Source: a virus (Duplodnaviria > Caudoviricetes). Taken from it: 56,671 nucleotides of DNA. Both the position numbers and the translations under genes were made by a program. Shown here one piece after another: positions 48,691 through 56,671 of the stretch (the stretch's first letter is position 1; each line of letters begins with the position of its first letter). The stretch is taken from positions 1 through 56,671 of IMG/VR virus record IMGVR_UViG_3300014838_000024. One strand, written 5' to 3'. Below the pieces are notes generated by a model. It saw only the letters and a list, made by a program, of their open reading frames with translations. It was not told the origin of the DNA and did not search any database.

Positions 48691-49149
48691 TTAGTGGGGA
48701 ACGAACTGCCTTAGATTGGGCTTCGAATAGTGAGGCCCTTTCACGATCTTCTGGTTGGCATCAAATATTGCCTGTCCATCGACGAATTTGGACCAGTTGG
48801 AACGGTTCACTTCGTCTACAGCACCCAGAATGTCATAGCGGTTCATGTGAGCGACACCGACTGCGGTGACAATCTGGTCGGCCAAGGCATCGAGGAGCTC
48901 TGTGGTATCCACCACAGAAATTTTGTTGACCTCAGAAGCCTTTAGATGCAATGCCAGACTGTGAAGTGAGACAAGAGCTGCCGTTAACAGAGATTGCGTA
49001 AGACGATCATTGCCTTTCAGGGCGCTGACCATCTCAGCGACTTCCTCAAAATGGACACCGAGAGCTGTCTGTTCGTTTCTCGGTGTCGGCTTTGGAACGG
49101 CTGTCTGGCACCAGGCCAGGGTCTTATTGAGAATTTGGGGATCAAACAT
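48691..49149 (-). CDS. MazG-like NTP pyrophosphohydrolase
   Basis: HFEEVAE, ELLDALADQIV, EVNRSNWSKF, KIVKGPHY. Confidence 0.85.
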   Translation of the reverse strand: MFDPQILNKTLAWCQTAVPKPTPRNEQTALGVHFEEVAEMVSALKGNDRLTQSLLTAALVSLHSLALHLKASEVNKISVVDTTELLDALADQIVTAVGVAHMNRYDILGAVDEVNRSNWSKFVDGQAIFDANQKIVKGPHYSKPNLRQFVPH

Positions 49150-49498
49150 CTTGGGAGCAGTCCGCGAGTTGCTCAGCTGGAGCGTGCGCCTGACGTTTTG
49201 ACGATATGTCGTCGTTGATCAATGTGGCAATGTAGCTTTTGATGGAAAGAATCTTCTTCTCTTCCATCAGGTCAGCGATGTCGTCTTGGAACTCAGTCGG
49301 GAGTTCGTTGAAGATGTCCTCCATAAAAGCCCGTCGAGTGTCGGCTGGAGGTATCTTGAGTGACTTTAAGCGCAGGGTGATCGAGGTCGGGTGGCAGCGA
49401 AGCTTTTCACCAATCGTCGAAAGTGAGAACCCGAGGCTGTTGAGGCGGGTGATGTCCCGATCAGAGCCCTTTCGATTGCGGCGTAGCACGGTTGACAT
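49142..49498 (-). CDS. HTH DNA-binding protein (conserved in N4-like phages)
   Basis: LNSLGFSLSTIGEKLRCHPTSITLRL..PPADTRRAFME. Confidence 0.75.
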   Translation of the reverse strand: MSTVLRRNRKGSDRDITRLNSLGFSLSTIGEKLRCHPTSITLRLKSLKIPPADTRRAFMEDIFNELPTEFQDDIADLMEEKKILSIKSYIATLINDDISSKRQAHAPAEQLADCSQDV

Positions 49499-49596
49499 GC
49501 AATGGTCCTTTAAGAGGGTGAGGGTGAAACTACCTACTATATGTTTGAGGAGCACTACCTATAGACTCGCTCCTCCTTGAACGAGCTATAACTTGA

Positions 49597-49628
49597 GTAG
49601 GGGAAACTACCTAGTAGCTCCCCCTACA
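49597..49628. promoter_or_regulatory. Intergenic hairpin after rIIB
   Basis: GTAGGGGGA(A)ACTAC-CTA-GTAGCTCCCCCTAC inverted repeat. Confidence 0.45.
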
Positions 49629-49641
49629 ATTCGTATTCAGT

Positions 49642-51171
49642 TTAGAGATTATCTTCGACGGTTTGCAGCACCAGTTTGGAAGATTTCTCATCCAGACCCA
49701 AAGCCTGCCAACTCAGCTTGACAGTTTTCTTGTGCTCAAGCAGCTCTCGTGCCGCTTTCACGCTCTCTGATGCCAACTTAGCGTTCACAAACGAGTCATA
49801 AAGTCGCAGGGCTTTCTGTTTGCGGCTTTCGACCTCGGCTTTTACCAAGACGACCTCCTTGACAACGGCCTTCGGATCGACCTTGGGCGCACTCAAGGGC
49901 GTCTCAACGTCATCCGGAAGAGCTTCTACCGCCTCAGCCTTTACGATTGCCGGGGCAATCGTGGGGGCTTCGGCTTTAGGAGCCTTCTTGATCGGGTAGA
50001 GTTCACTCCAAGGAGTGATCTTGACGTTCTGTCCCTGGTGTCCCTGGATCCTGACTTCCTCGATTGGCAGGTCATGATCTCCGGTAAGAGCACGTCCAAG
50101 CAAAAGCTGGGCTTGCTCGTTATCGGTAAATGGCTGATTTTTCTTGAGCTTTTGGAAAGCGTCGTCCGAAAGCTCAAACAGGATGTGGTAGCCGCAGACA
50201 CGCATCTTGTTGGCGTCGTGGTTCGGCACAGCGATCACGTCCTCGGGGCGAACCTTGGCCAGAACCACGACATCCCCAAAAAAGCCTCCGACATAGGCTC
50301 GTCGAGCCACATGGAGACCATTGGAGCACTCGTTGGCGCGGTTTGGATCGACAAGCGAAGGATCCATACAGACGTAGGAGCCAACCTGCTGAGAGACCTT
50401 CTGCGTGTGACAATCCACGTAGCCCCGTCTTGTTGGGCTCTGAATGGCCCGCTTCAGGACTTTGTAAATGATGATGCAGCCGTCATCAGCGATGGGGAGA
50501 TCTCCACGCTGAAGAAACTTGAGCAGGTCATCGACTGAGTGCCGGCGTTGATCCGACACAGCCGCAACACGCTGCATGAAGGCGTCCATTCCTTTGGTGG
50601 AAGAAGTCTGCACAGCTCGCTTGAACTGCGGTTTCAGCTTCTCGACGTTGGCAACCACTTTGTCGCCGACGATAGCCACGATGGTTTGATCGCCTTTGTC
50701 GCCTGTGTCCCGATCATGGAACCCAGGCTCATTCGCCGGTTGAGCATTAGCGATGATCTCTTCGGCCACAGAGAGAAGGTGCTCTGCCTGAGTCTCTTTA
50801 TGGCCAGGTACAGAGCCTATGACCATCGGAGGCACAGGTTTCCCTCCAGGGACGGTAATCGCCTCAGCGGCTCTTACAAGCCAGCTGGAGAGCTTGTGCT
50901 TCGCCACTTTGAAGAAACTGATCCCAGTTTTGGTCTGTTCCTGGTAGTCCTTGTACGGATTGCCGTCTTTGGGCTCCTCAAGATCGACCTCAGCGACAGC
51001 ACCAGGTCCAGACGCCAGAGTCGGCGTAATGACCTTGATGATTTTGGCGAGACGATCGTCACCCTGAAAGATGACAACCGTTTCTCCGTCTTCTTTATAG
51101 AGTGTGAGCTGGCGGTCATCGACGACCGCAGCGATCACACGAGTCAGGATAGGTTCGCTTTGAGTTTGCAT
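49642..51171 (-). CDS. rIIB: rIIB-like protein
   Basis: LPIADDGCIIIYK, YVDCHT, VDPNRANECSNGLHVA, KVRPEDVIAVP, KMRVCGY. Confidence 0.88.
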   Translation of the reverse strand: MQTQSEPILTRVIAAVVDDRQLTLYKEDGETVVIFQGDDRLAKIIKVITPTLASGPGAVAEVDLEEPKDGNPYKDYQEQTKTGISFFKVAKHKLSSWLVRAAEAITVPGGKPVPPMVIGSVPGHKETQAEHLLSVAEEIIANAQPANEPGFHDRDTGDKGDQTIVAIVGDKVVANVEKLKPQFKRAVQTSSTKGMDAFMQRVAAVSDQRRHSVDDLLKFLQRGDLPIADDGCIIIYKVLKRAIQSPTRRGYVDCHTQKVSQQVGSYVCMDPSLVDPNRANECSNGLHVARRAYVGGFFGDVVVLAKVRPEDVIAVPNHDANKMRVCGYHILFELSDDAFQKLKKNQPFTDNEQAQLLLGRALTGDHDLPIEEVRIQGHQGQNVKITPWSELYPIKKAPKAEAPTIAPAIVKAEAVEALPDDVETPLSAPKVDPKAVVKEVVLVKAEVESRKQKALRLYDSFVNAKLASESVKAARELLEHKKTVKLSWQALGLDEKSSKLVLQTVEDNL

Positions 51172-51181
51172 TTGGGTTCCT

Positions 51182-53689
51182 TCAGCCCAGCAGGGCAAGT
51201 TTGATGATCTTGGCCAGTCGGGCAGAATGTCCATTGGCTTTGGCTTGAGATTGGTGAGCGACTATTCGGAACTTCTCGATGTCGATCAGGTCCATGAAGG
51301 GATTACCCTCCAGTTTTTGTTTGACATCCAGAATTGTCTGAGACACCGGAAAAGCCTTGATGATCCTTCCAGTATCTTCGATGGTCGAACCAGAGTTTCT
51401 GTAGGTTCTGGAGTATTTGACCATGTGCCTCCAAATAACGAGCACCATCAGATCATGCTCATTGAGGCTGTGTTTTAGCCCAACAGCTTTTCTGATCTCA
51501 GGAACATCAAAGATCTCATTCACCTTCTGGGGATGATCGTACTGATCGAGTTCTTTTCCATCACCATTGCCATGTGCTCGATTTATATCCTCAGCCCAAT
51601 AAGCAATGAAGGTCGGGGAGGTAGTGACTGTCTTCGTGATGTAGCTTATCACGTACTCGTTGAGCTCCATGAGACCAGACTCTTTCAGTTTCTTGGCTTG
51701 GGGTTCGGTTCGAACAACGGCGCATTGATCACCAAAAAGCTTGGTGACTATACGAGCAGTGTCTCCATCAAAGACGCCTAAATCAAAAGTCCGGTGATCA
51801 GCTTTTGAAAACCAGACTTTATGGAAGAAGAGCGGCTTCTTTATCCGAGGAGCATTTTCAAGGAAGCAATTATCGACACGAGTGGGCTTGTCACTGACGA
51901 AGACGCCACTGAGTGAAGGATAGCCTGTGAGGACTGGCTTCTTTGGTTTGTTGGGATTAACTGGAGCACGAAATGCTCTGGTTTTTTTCAGCTCAGCTTC
52001 TTCAGTAAGGTCGAATATAATGAAACCTCTGGCCTTGAAGAAGTCCCTGATGTGTTGAATTTTCGTCTTCGCCAAAGGTGCATGGTAGAACCACACTTGC
52101 TGCTTGCCACCAAGGCTTTTAAGTTCGTCGGTGACTGTAAGTCTACTCATGACCTCTTTTTGAGAATAGCTGATCACCATGACCTTCCGCATGATCGGCA
52201 GATATTCGCTGTGCTTGTCGAAGTGAAGTCTTTGTGGTGCGACCATATTTTCACTTCCCTTGTAGCTTTTTTCGCCCAGGTAAATGAAAAATCGGTTTAG
52301 TTCCAGGATACGATCAGCAGCAATATCTCGAACCAAGGGACGAACAACACTCCTCTTAAACCATTCATGAGCGTGGCTTGAGGAGTACCAACTTCTCTCT
52401 TTGCCAAACAGGATAGAGATCTTCCCCTTTTTTGACTTAGGATGAATGATGCTGTGCTTCACTTGGTTCAGATGACCACGATTTCCAATGCCAAGTTCGA
52501 TGACCTTGTTGATCCGCAGTTCCATGTCCCGGCGATGGAAAGTTGGATCGCTGGGATAATTCCTGCGTGTGTACTGCTCGGTCAGCTGTTTGACGTTGTT
52601 GATGATTGGTAGATCACTCCTTGTGTCCGAATAGATAAACCTAGGCATTTCCTGTTTTTCATTCATCAGCACGCCAACTTCACGCTTCTCGCCGATCTCC
52701 TTGATCTGTATTTCCAAGAGAGGCCAGGCTTCCTTGATGATCTGCTGGTCGAGACGCTCTGAAAAAAAGCCTGAGACCAACTCCTTCAAGGTGTTGATCG
52801 TATGCTCCTGCATCGAGAGCGATTCTCTGGAAGGAGTGACGCTGATCGTGTCAGGCTTGGCTTGAAAAACGATCGAGTAATTGGTGCCATACGTGCGTCC
52901 TGACAACTTTGAAAGGATGCCTGTTAGTGTGGTGTATTGTGAACTATAAGCTCCATTGCTTTCAATGGGATAGATCACGTTCCCATAACGCACAAAGACG
53001 TTGTTCTTTTTTTCTGAGAGAATTTTGTTAGTGATCACCCAGTTGTATTCAGCCGTGGAAAGCGGAAGTCCTTCGATAGCACTTCCATTGATCGTGACGT
53101 TCATTTCGCCGTTGAAAGCGACTTGCTCAAACAGTTCCTTGAAGGTGTTTTTGTCGTATAAGCCCTTGACCGGGATTTTGACTTGAAGGCCCATTTCGTC
53201 AGTCGGAAGAGCCACAATGGGTGTGATCCCAGGCTTGCCGAACTTGTCGGCTGAGCTTTTTGAGAGGTTGTAAATCGTCTTCACGCCTTCGTGCCATGAA
53301 GTCACTTCGAAGTGATCGCCATAAGCGAAGGGGGACTTACAACCGAGACCGAAGCCACCTGTCTCGGTGCCGTTGTTCTTCTTGTCAGAGCCGCCATAGG
53401 TGCCATAGAGAGGCCCCATCATGTCGGGGTGAATTCCTGCACCAAAATCTCTGACGATAATTTCTTCGCCGATCGTGACAATAACCGGCTTGTCGGTGAT
53501 GCCGGCCCGGATGTGAGCATCCCAGGCGTTGCAAAGAACCTCTCTGGCCACAGCCAAACGCTGATTGGAATAGAGCGTGCTCGAAAGGATCTGGAAAAAT
53601 GCTGCATCGTTGGAGATGCCAAACTCAATGGTCTTGGCTCCGCCGATCATGGCGTGTGTAATATGGTCAGCGACATGTGTGACTTGCAT
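51182..53689 (-). CDS. rIIA: rIIA-like protein
   Basis: FQILSSTLYSN..AVAREVLCNAWDAH, IVRDFGAGI, TGGFGLGCKSPFAY (GHKL ATPase), VTPSRESLS. Confidence 0.9.
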   Translation of the reverse strand: MQVTHVADHITHAMIGGAKTIEFGISNDAAFFQILSSTLYSNQRLAVAREVLCNAWDAHIRAGITDKPVIVTIGEEIIVRDFGAGIHPDMMGPLYGTYGGSDKKNNGTETGGFGLGCKSPFAYGDHFEVTSWHEGVKTIYNLSKSSADKFGKPGITPIVALPTDEMGLQVKIPVKGLYDKNTFKELFEQVAFNGEMNVTINGSAIEGLPLSTAEYNWVITNKILSEKKNNVFVRYGNVIYPIESNGAYSSQYTTLTGILSKLSGRTYGTNYSIVFQAKPDTISVTPSRESLSMQEHTINTLKELVSGFFSERLDQQIIKEAWPLLEIQIKEIGEKREVGVLMNEKQEMPRFIYSDTRSDLPIINNVKQLTEQYTRRNYPSDPTFHRRDMELRINKVIELGIGNRGHLNQVKHSIIHPKSKKGKISILFGKERSWYSSSHAHEWFKRSVVRPLVRDIAADRILELNRFFIYLGEKSYKGSENMVAPQRLHFDKHSEYLPIMRKVMVISYSQKEVMSRLTVTDELKSLGGKQQVWFYHAPLAKTKIQHIRDFFKARGFIIFDLTEEAELKKTRAFRAPVNPNKPKKPVLTGYPSLSGVFVSDKPTRVDNCFLENAPRIKKPLFFHKVWFSKADHRTFDLGVFDGDTARIVTKLFGDQCAVVRTEPQAKKLKESGLMELNEYVISYITKTVTTSPTFIAYWAEDINRAHGNGDGKELDQYDHPQKVNEIFDVPEIRKAVGLKHSLNEHDLMVLVIWRHMVKYSRTYRNSGSTIEDTGRIIKAFPVSQTILDVKQKLEGNPFMDLIDIEKFRIVAHQSQAKANGHSARLAKIIKLALLG

Positions 53690-53786
53690 AGTAGGTGCTC
53701 CTGGTTGAGGTATAGACGTGCGAAATCGCTACTCTTTGGGCAATGAGCCCGAAGAACAGGTAAATGTCGCTACAAATCAGACTGAG

Positions 53787-54341
53787 TTAGCTCAGTGCGA
53801 CTTGAGTTTTCTTCTCAAAGTTATCTTTGAACCGCTTCAACGATGCTTCAAGCGCAGACTCACTCTCTATATTCGAAGAGAATGAAACTTGAGTCGTGGT
53901 TCCAGACCGTCTTTCGGATTGTTCTTTCTTTACAATGGGGTGTGGGTCTATGAGCTGGTAGCCATTAGAAGTGCGATGCACTCTCCAGACCCATTGTCGC
54001 AGCTCAATGCTGTGCTCACGGATACGTTTGATCCGGTGGACCCAGGTGATGAGTCCGGCTTCTTCGAGAGCCTTGATCGCAGCACAAGCTGTTGATCGAG
54101 CGCAATCTGCTGCTTTAGCCAGCTTGTCTAAGCTCGGGTAGCAAAAGCCTTTTTTGGCGTTGTGAAACACCCAAAGGAGAGCCTTGAGCACGTCCAGCTG
54201 CTTGGCTGTGATCCATCCATAGTGCTTTCCCTTCTTGGTTCGAAAAGTGAGGGCTCTGCCCAGGGTCATAATCCTGAGTTTGGCTTCTCGATCAAGAGGT
54301 TGTGGCTTTCCAAAGCCGAAGAGTTTCTCTCTCTGGTGCAT
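53787..54341 (-). CDS. Winged-HTH protein resembling alphaproteobacterial plasmid replication initiators
   Basis: LDREAKLRIM..R..GKHYGWITAK.LDVLKALLW.FHN...G.CYPSLDKLAKAADCARST..AIKALEEAGLITWVHR..RTSNGY. Confidence 0.65.
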   Translation of the reverse strand: MHQREKLFGFGKPQPLDREAKLRIMTLGRALTFRTKKGKHYGWITAKQLDVLKALLWVFHNAKKGFCYPSLDKLAKAADCARSTACAAIKALEEAGLITWVHRIKRIREHSIELRQWVWRVHRTSNGYQLIDPHPIVKKEQSERRSGTTTQVSFSSNIESESALEASLKRFKDNFEKKTQVALS

Positions 54342-54366
54342 GTGCCTGGTCCCTGGTTAGGACCGT

Positions 54367-54420
54367 AAAAAAAAAAGACGCACGAATCCGATCTTCAGAA
54401 CTTGCGTTCTGAAGTTGGAT
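54367..54420 (-). terminator. Attenuator/terminator-like hairpin in the leader of the Rep-like gene
   Basis: ATCCGATCTTCAGAAC-TTGC-GTTCTGAAGTTGGAT, with A10 at 54367-54376 (U10 on the minus-strand transcript), 25 nt before the ATG. Confidence 0.55.
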
Positions 54421-54429
54421 ATGAGAACT

Positions 54430-54508
54430 TTCGTCTTGTCAGGGAGCGAAAGCCCTCATTCGAAATTACGGCCTGCCAAGCTGGTAACTTGGCGGGCCGT
54501 TTCTTTTT
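54430..54508 (+). ncRNA. Candidate small counter-transcribed (antisense) RNA
   Basis: GAAA-loop hairpin (54441-54456), then a + strand terminator ACGGCCTGCCAAG-CTGGTAA-CTTGGCGGGCCGT-TTCTTTTT, in a region where all genes are on the minus strand. Confidence 0.4.
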
Positions 54509-54550
54509 CCACGGCCTGCTTCGTGATTCGAAGCAGCCGCCAGTCTGAGG

Positions 54551-55474
54551 CTAGAGGCATTCATCTTCAAGCGTCTTTCTGAACTGGATCCAACCCTCCC
54601 CGAGATTTCCGCCCGTCTCTGGGTTGTTCCAGGCGTCGTTATCGTCAGCTGCATCGTCTCCATCGGCTTCAACGATGTGCTCGAACGGCGAAGCATGAAC
54701 AGGCTTCATCGTGAAGAGCTTGTCGTAGAGAGCCACAGCCCGATCGAACGTCATGTCGAAGCCTTCGACCGTCTTGTAGGAAGTCGAAGCACAGCAAGCC
54801 ACTGAGAGCTTCCGGAGAAGCTCGAATTTGGTCTGGCCGCTGATGTTCATTGACATGACTTCGAGCACGTCACTGTCCTTGATGAACGGCAGATGTGCTT
54901 CGCCTGGATTGAGGATCTGAGGCTTGGCGCTTTTAAGCGCCTTACGTACTTCCCGAGCCAAGAGCATGATGTGTGGCTCAGCGTCCTTGTGATCCCGGAG
55001 AGCCAAGAAGTTCGACCAATTTGAGCTCGTCACAACCACGGTGATGTGGCTGAAAGGCTCGAGAAGTCGGTTAACGATCTGCTTGTGGTAGCCGGCCTTG
55101 GAGAAGGCACGGGCCATCGCCACTGCATTGTCTCGGGCATAGAGCCAGGCTTCTTCGCGACTTGCAGGACGACAGCCTGTCCTAGTGAAGCGTTCGTCCA
55201 GGATCAGTATCTGAGTATTGCACTCCTCGCTGGCCTGCATTCCCTTCTGGTTGGCTCCCCAATGAAGAGGCACGTAGGGATCGTCGAGCACATCCTGGAT
55301 GAGCTTCTCGACCGGGATCGCTCTGGAGGAGCTCGCATTGCGGGAGAACATCCGATGCGTCATGAACTCGCTGTGGATGCAGCGAGGATAACGAAGCAGG
55401 AGTGTGTCGATCCGCTTCGAAGGATCGAGAGCATGGATTGACGAGAGGATACTTGTCGCAGCAATGGTGGTCAT
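54551..55474 (-). CDS. thyX: FAD-dependent thymidylate synthase (ThyX-like)
   Basis: HSEFMTHRMFSRNASSSRAIP, HKQIVNRLLEPF, NFLALR, HASPFEH. Confidence 0.88.
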   Translation of the reverse strand: MTTIAATSILSSIHALDPSKRIDTLLLRYPRCIHSEFMTHRMFSRNASSSRAIPVEKLIQDVLDDPYVPLHWGANQKGMQASEECNTQILILDERFTRTGCRPASREEAWLYARDNAVAMARAFSKAGYHKQIVNRLLEPFSHITVVVTSSNWSNFLALRDHKDAEPHIMLLAREVRKALKSAKPQILNPGEAHLPFIKDSDVLEVMSMNISGQTKFELLRKLSVACCASTSYKTVEGFDMTFDRAVALYDKLFTMKPVHASPFEHIVEADGDDAADDNDAWNNPETGGNLGEGWIQFRKTLEDECL

Positions 55475-55638
55475 TGTGTAAGTTCCTGTTTGGCGAGCTT
55501 CTTCTTTGCAGCTCGCTCTCTGGAGTTTTTTCGGTTTCGCTCCATGGCTCGAAGATCAGAGCAGGGGGAGCAGAGGATCTTCCGACCGTTGTTGTGGATC
55601 TCGGTCTTACAGTCCTGGCAGAAGCATTTATTTGCCAC
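55471..55638 (-). CDS. Small CxxC...CxxC zinc-finger protein with basic tail
   Basis: FCQDC..ILCSPC, then an R/K-rich helix. GTG start assumed at 55638; stop overlaps the thyX start. Confidence 0.55.
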   Translation of the reverse strand: MANKCFCQDCKTEIHNNGRKILCSPCSDLRAMERNRKNSRERAAKKKLAKQELTQ

Positions 55639-55885
55639 TGGGGGAATTAGCTTTCTTCGCCTCTTTTTCGAACTCAACCTGAGTTTTCAGTTTGGTGATC
55701 TCGCTGTCGATGAGCCAGATAATGTCTTCACCAAAGCCTTGACTCTTCTGAGGAAGTAGTCCGAGCACGGTTGTGAGGGTGTCGTAAGCGTCAGCTTTAG
55801 GAGCAAGCCTGGCAACTTCCTTTTTGAGATACTGGATCTCGTGACGACACCTGCTGAGCATGTCGAGAACATAAGTAGTGTTCAA
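55628..55885 (-). CDS. Hypothetical protein
   Basis: AGGAG RBS; coiled-coil-like segment with LAPKADAYD. Confidence 0.6.
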   Translation of the reverse strand: MNTTYVLDMLSRCRHEIQYLKKEVARLAPKADAYDTLTTVLGLLPQKSQGFGEDIIWLIDSEITKLKTQVEFEKEAKKANSPSGK

Positions 55886-55889
55886 TGGA

Positions 55890-56279
55890 TCAGTCTCCTT
55901 TTTTCAGTCGGTTGATTTTGCTGATCACGCAGTTTTTGGTGAAGAACACGTCAACCCTTTGAGGGCAGCGTTTGTTCAGTTCTTTAGCGGCTCCTTCTCT
56001 GGTGAATCCCTCCTTGTTGATGAGGTTCAACAACTCAGTGACGGTTGCCTCGTCCCAGATCACAGCTTTGCGAGGATCGACGTAGGTTCGCTTTGCTGGC
56101 TTGGTGTAGCCTCGACGAGCTCCAGGAATTGTGAAGCCTCGATCGAGATCAGGCACAAATGGAGGTGGAGGTAGGGGAGCACGAGCTCGATGCAGATCAC
56201 CACCGCAGAGCTGTTGTTTCGTTGGTTCAGGGAGTCTCACCAAAGGAGTGCCTCCGAGCGAAATATGTCGGTTACTCAT
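55890..56279 (-). CDS. Protein with a GcrA-like N-terminal HTH domain located at its C-terminus
   Basis: WDEATVTELLNLINKEGFTREGAAKEL...FTKNCVISKINRL versus GcrA WTDERVELL..LW.EG.S...IA.EL...TRNAVIGK.HRL. Confidence 0.6.
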   Translation of the reverse strand: MSNRHISLGGTPLVRLPEPTKQQLCGGDLHRARAPLPPPPFVPDLDRGFTIPGARRGYTKPAKRTYVDPRKAVIWDEATVTELLNLINKEGFTREGAAKELNKRCPQRVDVFFTKNCVISKINRLKKGD

Positions 56280-56442
56280 GAGGGATCCTCGGCATTAGGC
56301 TCACCCAGATGGCAGCCATAGCAAGACCAAAATCCAAGCCATAAATAAGTTTCATCTGAAAGAGCTTGAACCAAATGACATAGATAAGGACAGGGACGAT
56401 CCCAATAAATGCGATCACAGTGAAGGAAGAGAACTTATTCAT
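56272..56442 (-). CDS. Small two-TM membrane protein
   Basis: ATG 56442 overlaps the upstream stop; two hydrophobic segments. Confidence 0.55.
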   Translation of the reverse strand: MNKFSSFTVIAFIGIVPVLIYVIWFKLFQMKLIYGLDFGLAMAAIWVSLMPRIPHE

Positions 56443-56627
56443 TACTTTCTCGCTTTGAGGTTCGCAGCCTTTTGTCGCTTCTCGTGGCGTGTCCACGAGC
56501 ATGATGAGCAAACTTTCTTTGCACCATGAGCAAGTATTGTTATGCCACAATCTTCACACAACTTGGTATTCTGTTTCTTTGCGGGAGTGATCGCAGGGTC
56601 TCCAGCGTAATAACAAGTTAACGCCAT
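56442..56627 (-). CDS. Small CxxC...CxxC zinc-finger protein with basic tail
   Basis: LCEDC..KVCSSC, then RHEKRQKAANLKARK. Confidence 0.55.
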   Translation of the reverse strand: MALTCYYAGDPAITPAKKQNTKLCEDCGITILAHGAKKVCSSCSWTRHEKRQKAANLKARK

Positions 56628-56671
56628 TAGCGTACTCTTTCTTTACATAAAAAAAGCGACCCTCTTTACAG

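Noticed and set aside
1-56671. vRNAP hairpin promoters, RNAP II subunits, tRNAs, integrase
   Set aside because: None could be identified with confidence. The early region probably lies beyond the right edge of the window, so absence is uninformative.
1-56671. Apparent avoidance of some palindromes such as CGCG
   Set aside because: An impression only. Occurrences exist, and k-mer counts are needed.

Overview
This window is most of an N4-like (Schitoviridae) phage genome. A host in the Alphaproteobacteria is inferred from a GcrA-like gene and a plasmid-Rep-like HTH gene. The + strand carries the late genes: terminase, tail-appendage module, lysis cassette, portal, major capsid, ejection proteins and a 3754-aa virion RNA polymerase. 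The - strand carries the middle genes: Tad2-like protein, RuvC, SSB, AAA ATPase, primase, exonuclease, family A DNA polymerase, helicase, MazG-like protein, rIIA/rIIB and ThyX. The standout is the tail-appendage locus at 3.2-11.2 kb. In place of a normal tail fibre it encodes a truncated fibre anchor, a GH5 endoglucanase and a GH48 exo-cellulase with intact catalytic motifs and no signal peptides. Between them are small Ig-like proteins whose ASH (choice-of-anchor D) and Calx-beta domains are split across gene boundaries. I infer a virion-mounted, cellulosome-like endo+exo cellulase complex assembled by beta-strand complementation. A second unusual element is a plasmid-Rep-like gene with an attenuator/antisense-RNA-like leader, hinting at a phage-plasmid state. 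All family assignments come from motif recognition by eye; no searches were run.
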